Shown: one piece after another, positions 61,088 through 64,000 of the stretch
Layout: each line of letters begins with the position of its first letter
Position numbering within the stretch: the stretch's first letter is position 1
Origin: the human T2T-CHM13v2.0 reference genome, Homo sapiens
DNA: 64,000 nucleotides
Reading direction: 5' to 3' (one strand)
Assembly: GCF_009914755.1 (NCBI RefSeq)
Contig: NC_060925.1
Notes under the pieces: model-generated
What the model saw: the letters and a program-made list of their open reading frames with translations, nothing else
Told to the model about the DNA's origin: nothing
Databases searched by the model: none
Translations under genes and position numbers: made by a program

Positions 61088-61292
61088 ATATCCTTGGGCA
61101 CCTATCGGGCAATGCAGACCCAGGGACCGGCCCCTTGGCTGCTCACCCTGGGGGGGCCTGTCCTTTGCCGGGTCACACACTGGGGAAGTGGCCGGTAGGC
61201 TGGGGTCCCCTATTCCTTCCTCCCTAGGCCAGAGGGTGGAGGTGTCAGGGCTGGGCCCATGGATCGCTGTTGGCCCCTAACTCGGCACCAAA
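61088..61292 (+). other. PLCH2: U12-type (minor spliceosome) intron with AT-AA termini
   Basis: 5' site ATATCCTTG (consensus RTATCCTTT); branch CCCCTAAC at 61274-61281, with the branch A 12 nt before the end; no polypyrimidine tract; only the AA end restores RDQ-WLKQ. Confidence 0.85.
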
Positions 61293-61422
61293 GTGGCTGA
61301 AGCAGACGTTTGACGAGGCCGACAAGAACGGGGATGGCAGCCTGAGCATTGGCGAGGTCCTGCAGCTGCTGCACAAGCTCAACGTGAACCTGCCCCGGCA
61401 GAGGGTGAAGCAGATGTTCAGG
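61293..61422 (+). CDS. PLCH2: PLCH2 coding exon 4, EF-hand (WLKQTFDEADKNGDGSLSIGEVLQLLHKLNVNLPRQRVKQMFR)
   Basis: Canonical EF-hand loop DKNGDGSLSIGE; donor AGG|GTGAGC. The 5' boundary is fixed by frame continuity with exon 3 (CA+G=Gln, then TGG). Confidence 0.95.
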
Positions 61423-62109
61423 GTGAGCTGGGGGGAGCCCTACCTGGGCTCCAGAGCCAGGGCTGCACGGGGGCTGTGCTTGTGTGGCTGGGAGCCTGCC
61501 AGCCCTGACTGAGCTGGAGGGGACCCTGGCAGTGCCCTCAAGCTGCACAGAGTAGCTGGCTGCTGAGGATGGGGCTGTCTGACCAGCCACCCCACAGCCT
61601 ATGGCAGGCAGGCAGGTGGGTGCCCAGGTGCTGCCTCTTTGCAGCTGGGCCGGGGGCTGCTCTGCCAGCTCTGGGGAAAGTGGTCGGGGCACCTGGCACA
61701 GGCCCTGCCAGGTGAGTGGACTGGGCATTCAGGGCAGGTGCCCAAATGAAGCTGCACCCCCTTCCCAGGCCCCAGCCCCGCAGCCTCGAGGGGGGTACAC
61801 CAGCCCTGGCAGGGCCCAGTCTGATGCGCAGCAGCTCGTTACTTTCCCCATGCCGCCCTCGCCCAACCACCCTGATGTTAGGAGTTATGAAAATGCAGCC
61901 TTCAGCTGAGCTGCGGCCTTTATTGTCTGTAATTGGTTTCTGTTTCCGGAAAGCCTGCTGGGCTGGGGGAGAGAAACTCTGCCCGTCAGCAGGTCCTGGT
62001 TCCGGGTGGTGCTGGCTGAGCCAGCAAACCAGGCCCTGGGGCCTTGCTGCTTTGCTGCAGCTTGGAAAGCGGGTTCTGTGGGTGCAAGTGCCAGGCCCTG
62101 GGGTCTCTG

Positions 62110-62225
62110 ACACGCACATACACGCACACACACGCACACGCATGCACGTGCATAAATACACGCACACACGTGCACATACACATATGCACACAGGCACACA
62201 CATGCACACACACACGCATACACAT
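62110..62225. repeat. Imperfect (CA)n tract
   Basis: Nearly uninterrupted purine-pyrimidine alternation. Confidence 0.88.
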
Positions 62226-63906
62226 GCTCACAGCCTGACAGCTCCGCCGTGTCCAGCCCCTGCCAGCTCCTGCCAGCTCCTGCCAGCTGCTGCCTGTTCT
62301 CACTGTAGGTGGCTGGTCATGCCTGGCTGGAGCAAGGGAAGCTGGCCTGCTCACAGGACAGGGTGTGTGCGTGAGTTAGGGGCTGGGTGCTTGCAGACAC
62401 TCTGGGGACTGCCCGGGGCTTGTGAAGGCCCCAGTGGGGACACAGTCTGCCTGGGCTGTGGGGGCTGGCAGGTGGCTGAGTCTGCATGTCTGCGCCCCTT
62501 CTCCCTGCCTGCCTGGGGCCATCCCCAGCCACATTTTGGGCTCAGGGGCAGCTCTGGGGCCAGCAGGTCCCTCCACAGAGTTGAGGCTGTGCCAGGGCCC
62601 GGGCAGCAGGGTGGCTTAGGGTGCAGGCTCCAGAGTGGCCTCTGAGTGGGAGGAGACAGATGCCCCTCACTGAATCCAGCACGAGTGTGCGTGGTTTCTG
62701 GGGCCTGAAGGTCCAACCAGACCTCCCTAAGGGAACCCCAGGCAGGCGGAAGCAGGGACAGTCTGCAGGGCTGGCTCTGGAGAGGAATGGCGAGGTAGCT
62801 GTTGCTGTCAGGTTACCGGCCTGGCACTCCAGCCCTATGTAGTGGAGGCCCAGTGGCCCTGGTCTTTGGTGGTCAAGACAGCTGGAGACGGCCCCAGTTT
62901 CAGAGCGCTGGGCCTCCCCGCCCATCTGTACTGCATCCTCTCTGGGCCCTGCAGAGCCGAGAGAAGGAGCCTGCAGCCAGGCTGGAGGGGCTCTGAGAAG
63001 TGGCATCAGCTTCGCTGTAGAGAAATCTGGAGATGGCTCCCATTGCCTGGCACGGCCTAATCAGAGAGAACTGCATGGTGGATAAACACTTGGCTTGAGG
63101 CTAATTTCATCAAACCTAAGATAAGGCTGGAAGTGGGCTGGACCCAGTGGGGCCTAATTGCCAGAGTGCGCTGGGCGGGCACCGAGGCAGGCTCAGCCAA
63201 AGTGCACGTTCAACAGCAGTGGCTTCCCTTTGTGGAAAGAAAAGATGCCACGTGACTGTGTCAGGGGTGTTCTAGGGTGGGGCTCAGGCCCCGAGGGCCT
63301 CACTGTCCGAGCATTTTTGTTCCTGCTCAGTGGTGAGTGGCTCACCCTGGCACATAGCCACTCTGTGGAGGGGGCCGCATCTCTGCCCAGCTCAGCCACA
63401 GGCCCTGGGAGGGCCTCTGGCCTGGGCTTTGTCCCATGGCCCCTGGGAGGGCCATCAGCCCAGGCTCTGTCCCATGGGGGCCCTTTGAGCTGCAGTGTGT
63501 CCCCTCATGGCTGTCCTGGGTGCAGTGAGTGGGCACCCCCAGACTTGGGGCTACCCTCACACCTCGCACCAGGCACCCCAGGGCTTCATCTGGTGTGTGC
63601 TGGGCCCAGTGCATGTGGCTTTAGCTGGGCCCTTCATGCCACGCTGGCCTCATCCCAGCCTTGGTGTGGGCACACAGCCTGTCCCTGGGGTCCTGACCCA
63701 CCTTCATGCCAAGCCGTGGGTGTAGGGCGTGTGGCAGCCAGGGCTCTGCCCTGGGGACAGGGACAAAGGGGCTGATGGGGCCACCTGACTGGTGACTCCC
63801 CTGGCTCAGAGGGGATCCCAGGGGAGCTGGCACCACCACCCCTGGCCACCCCAGATCGTGGCCACGGGAGGAGGCAAGGCTGGTCCCCAGTGGCAGGCTG
63901 GTGGCT

Positions 63907-63927
63907 GCTGCTGTCCATGGTGCCGAG
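63907..63927 (-). promoter_or_regulatory. REST/NRSF binding site (RE1)
   Basis: + strand GCTGCTGTCCATGGTGCCGAG versus reverse consensus GGCGCTGTCCRTGGTGCTGAA; 14 contiguous matches. Confidence 0.65.
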
Positions 63928-64000
63928 CCGGCCCTGGTTCCTGCTCAGCTGAGGCACATCTGCAGGCCGAGGCGGGGCCCTGGGTACTCTCCTGTGGACC

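Noticed and set aside
60684-61112. Minus-strand 142-aa ORF
   Set aside because: Antisense shadow of GC3-rich PLCH2 exon 3.
61287-61293. Canonical AT-AC or AT-AG end for the minor intron
   Set aside because: Both shift the frame relative to WLKQTF, and the AC is only 8 nt from the branch A.

Overview
Human-like (hominid) genomic DNA covering the 5' half of PLCH2 (phospholipase C eta 2, known human locus 1p36.32) on the + strand. Bases ~550-5,420 are AT-rich and packed with nested repeats (Alus, L1M, a solo ERV1-type LTR, hAT DNA-transposon fossils). The rest is GC-rich and transposon-poor. Four separate candidate first coding exons (ATGs at 10114, 25141, 48730 and 57699) all end in phase 1 and can splice in frame to a shared exon at 59586. 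Three downstream exons encode the PH domain and first EF-hand; the gene continues past the window. The most unusual items are: (i) a 205-nt minor-spliceosome (U12) intron that keeps the frame only with non-canonical AT-AA ends; (ii) a 3x42-bp repeat that multiplies the branch point and acceptor of the shared exon in frame; (iii) a ~162-bp, ~92% identical copy of the canonical 5' leader 3.8 kb upstream; (iv) two strong REST/RE1 sites; (v) a 29-copy 68/69-bp CpG-rich VNTR with no stop codon on its minus strand. Almost all ORFs in the supplied track are GC- or repeat-driven artefacts. Gene and repeat-family names come from recognition, not from database searches.
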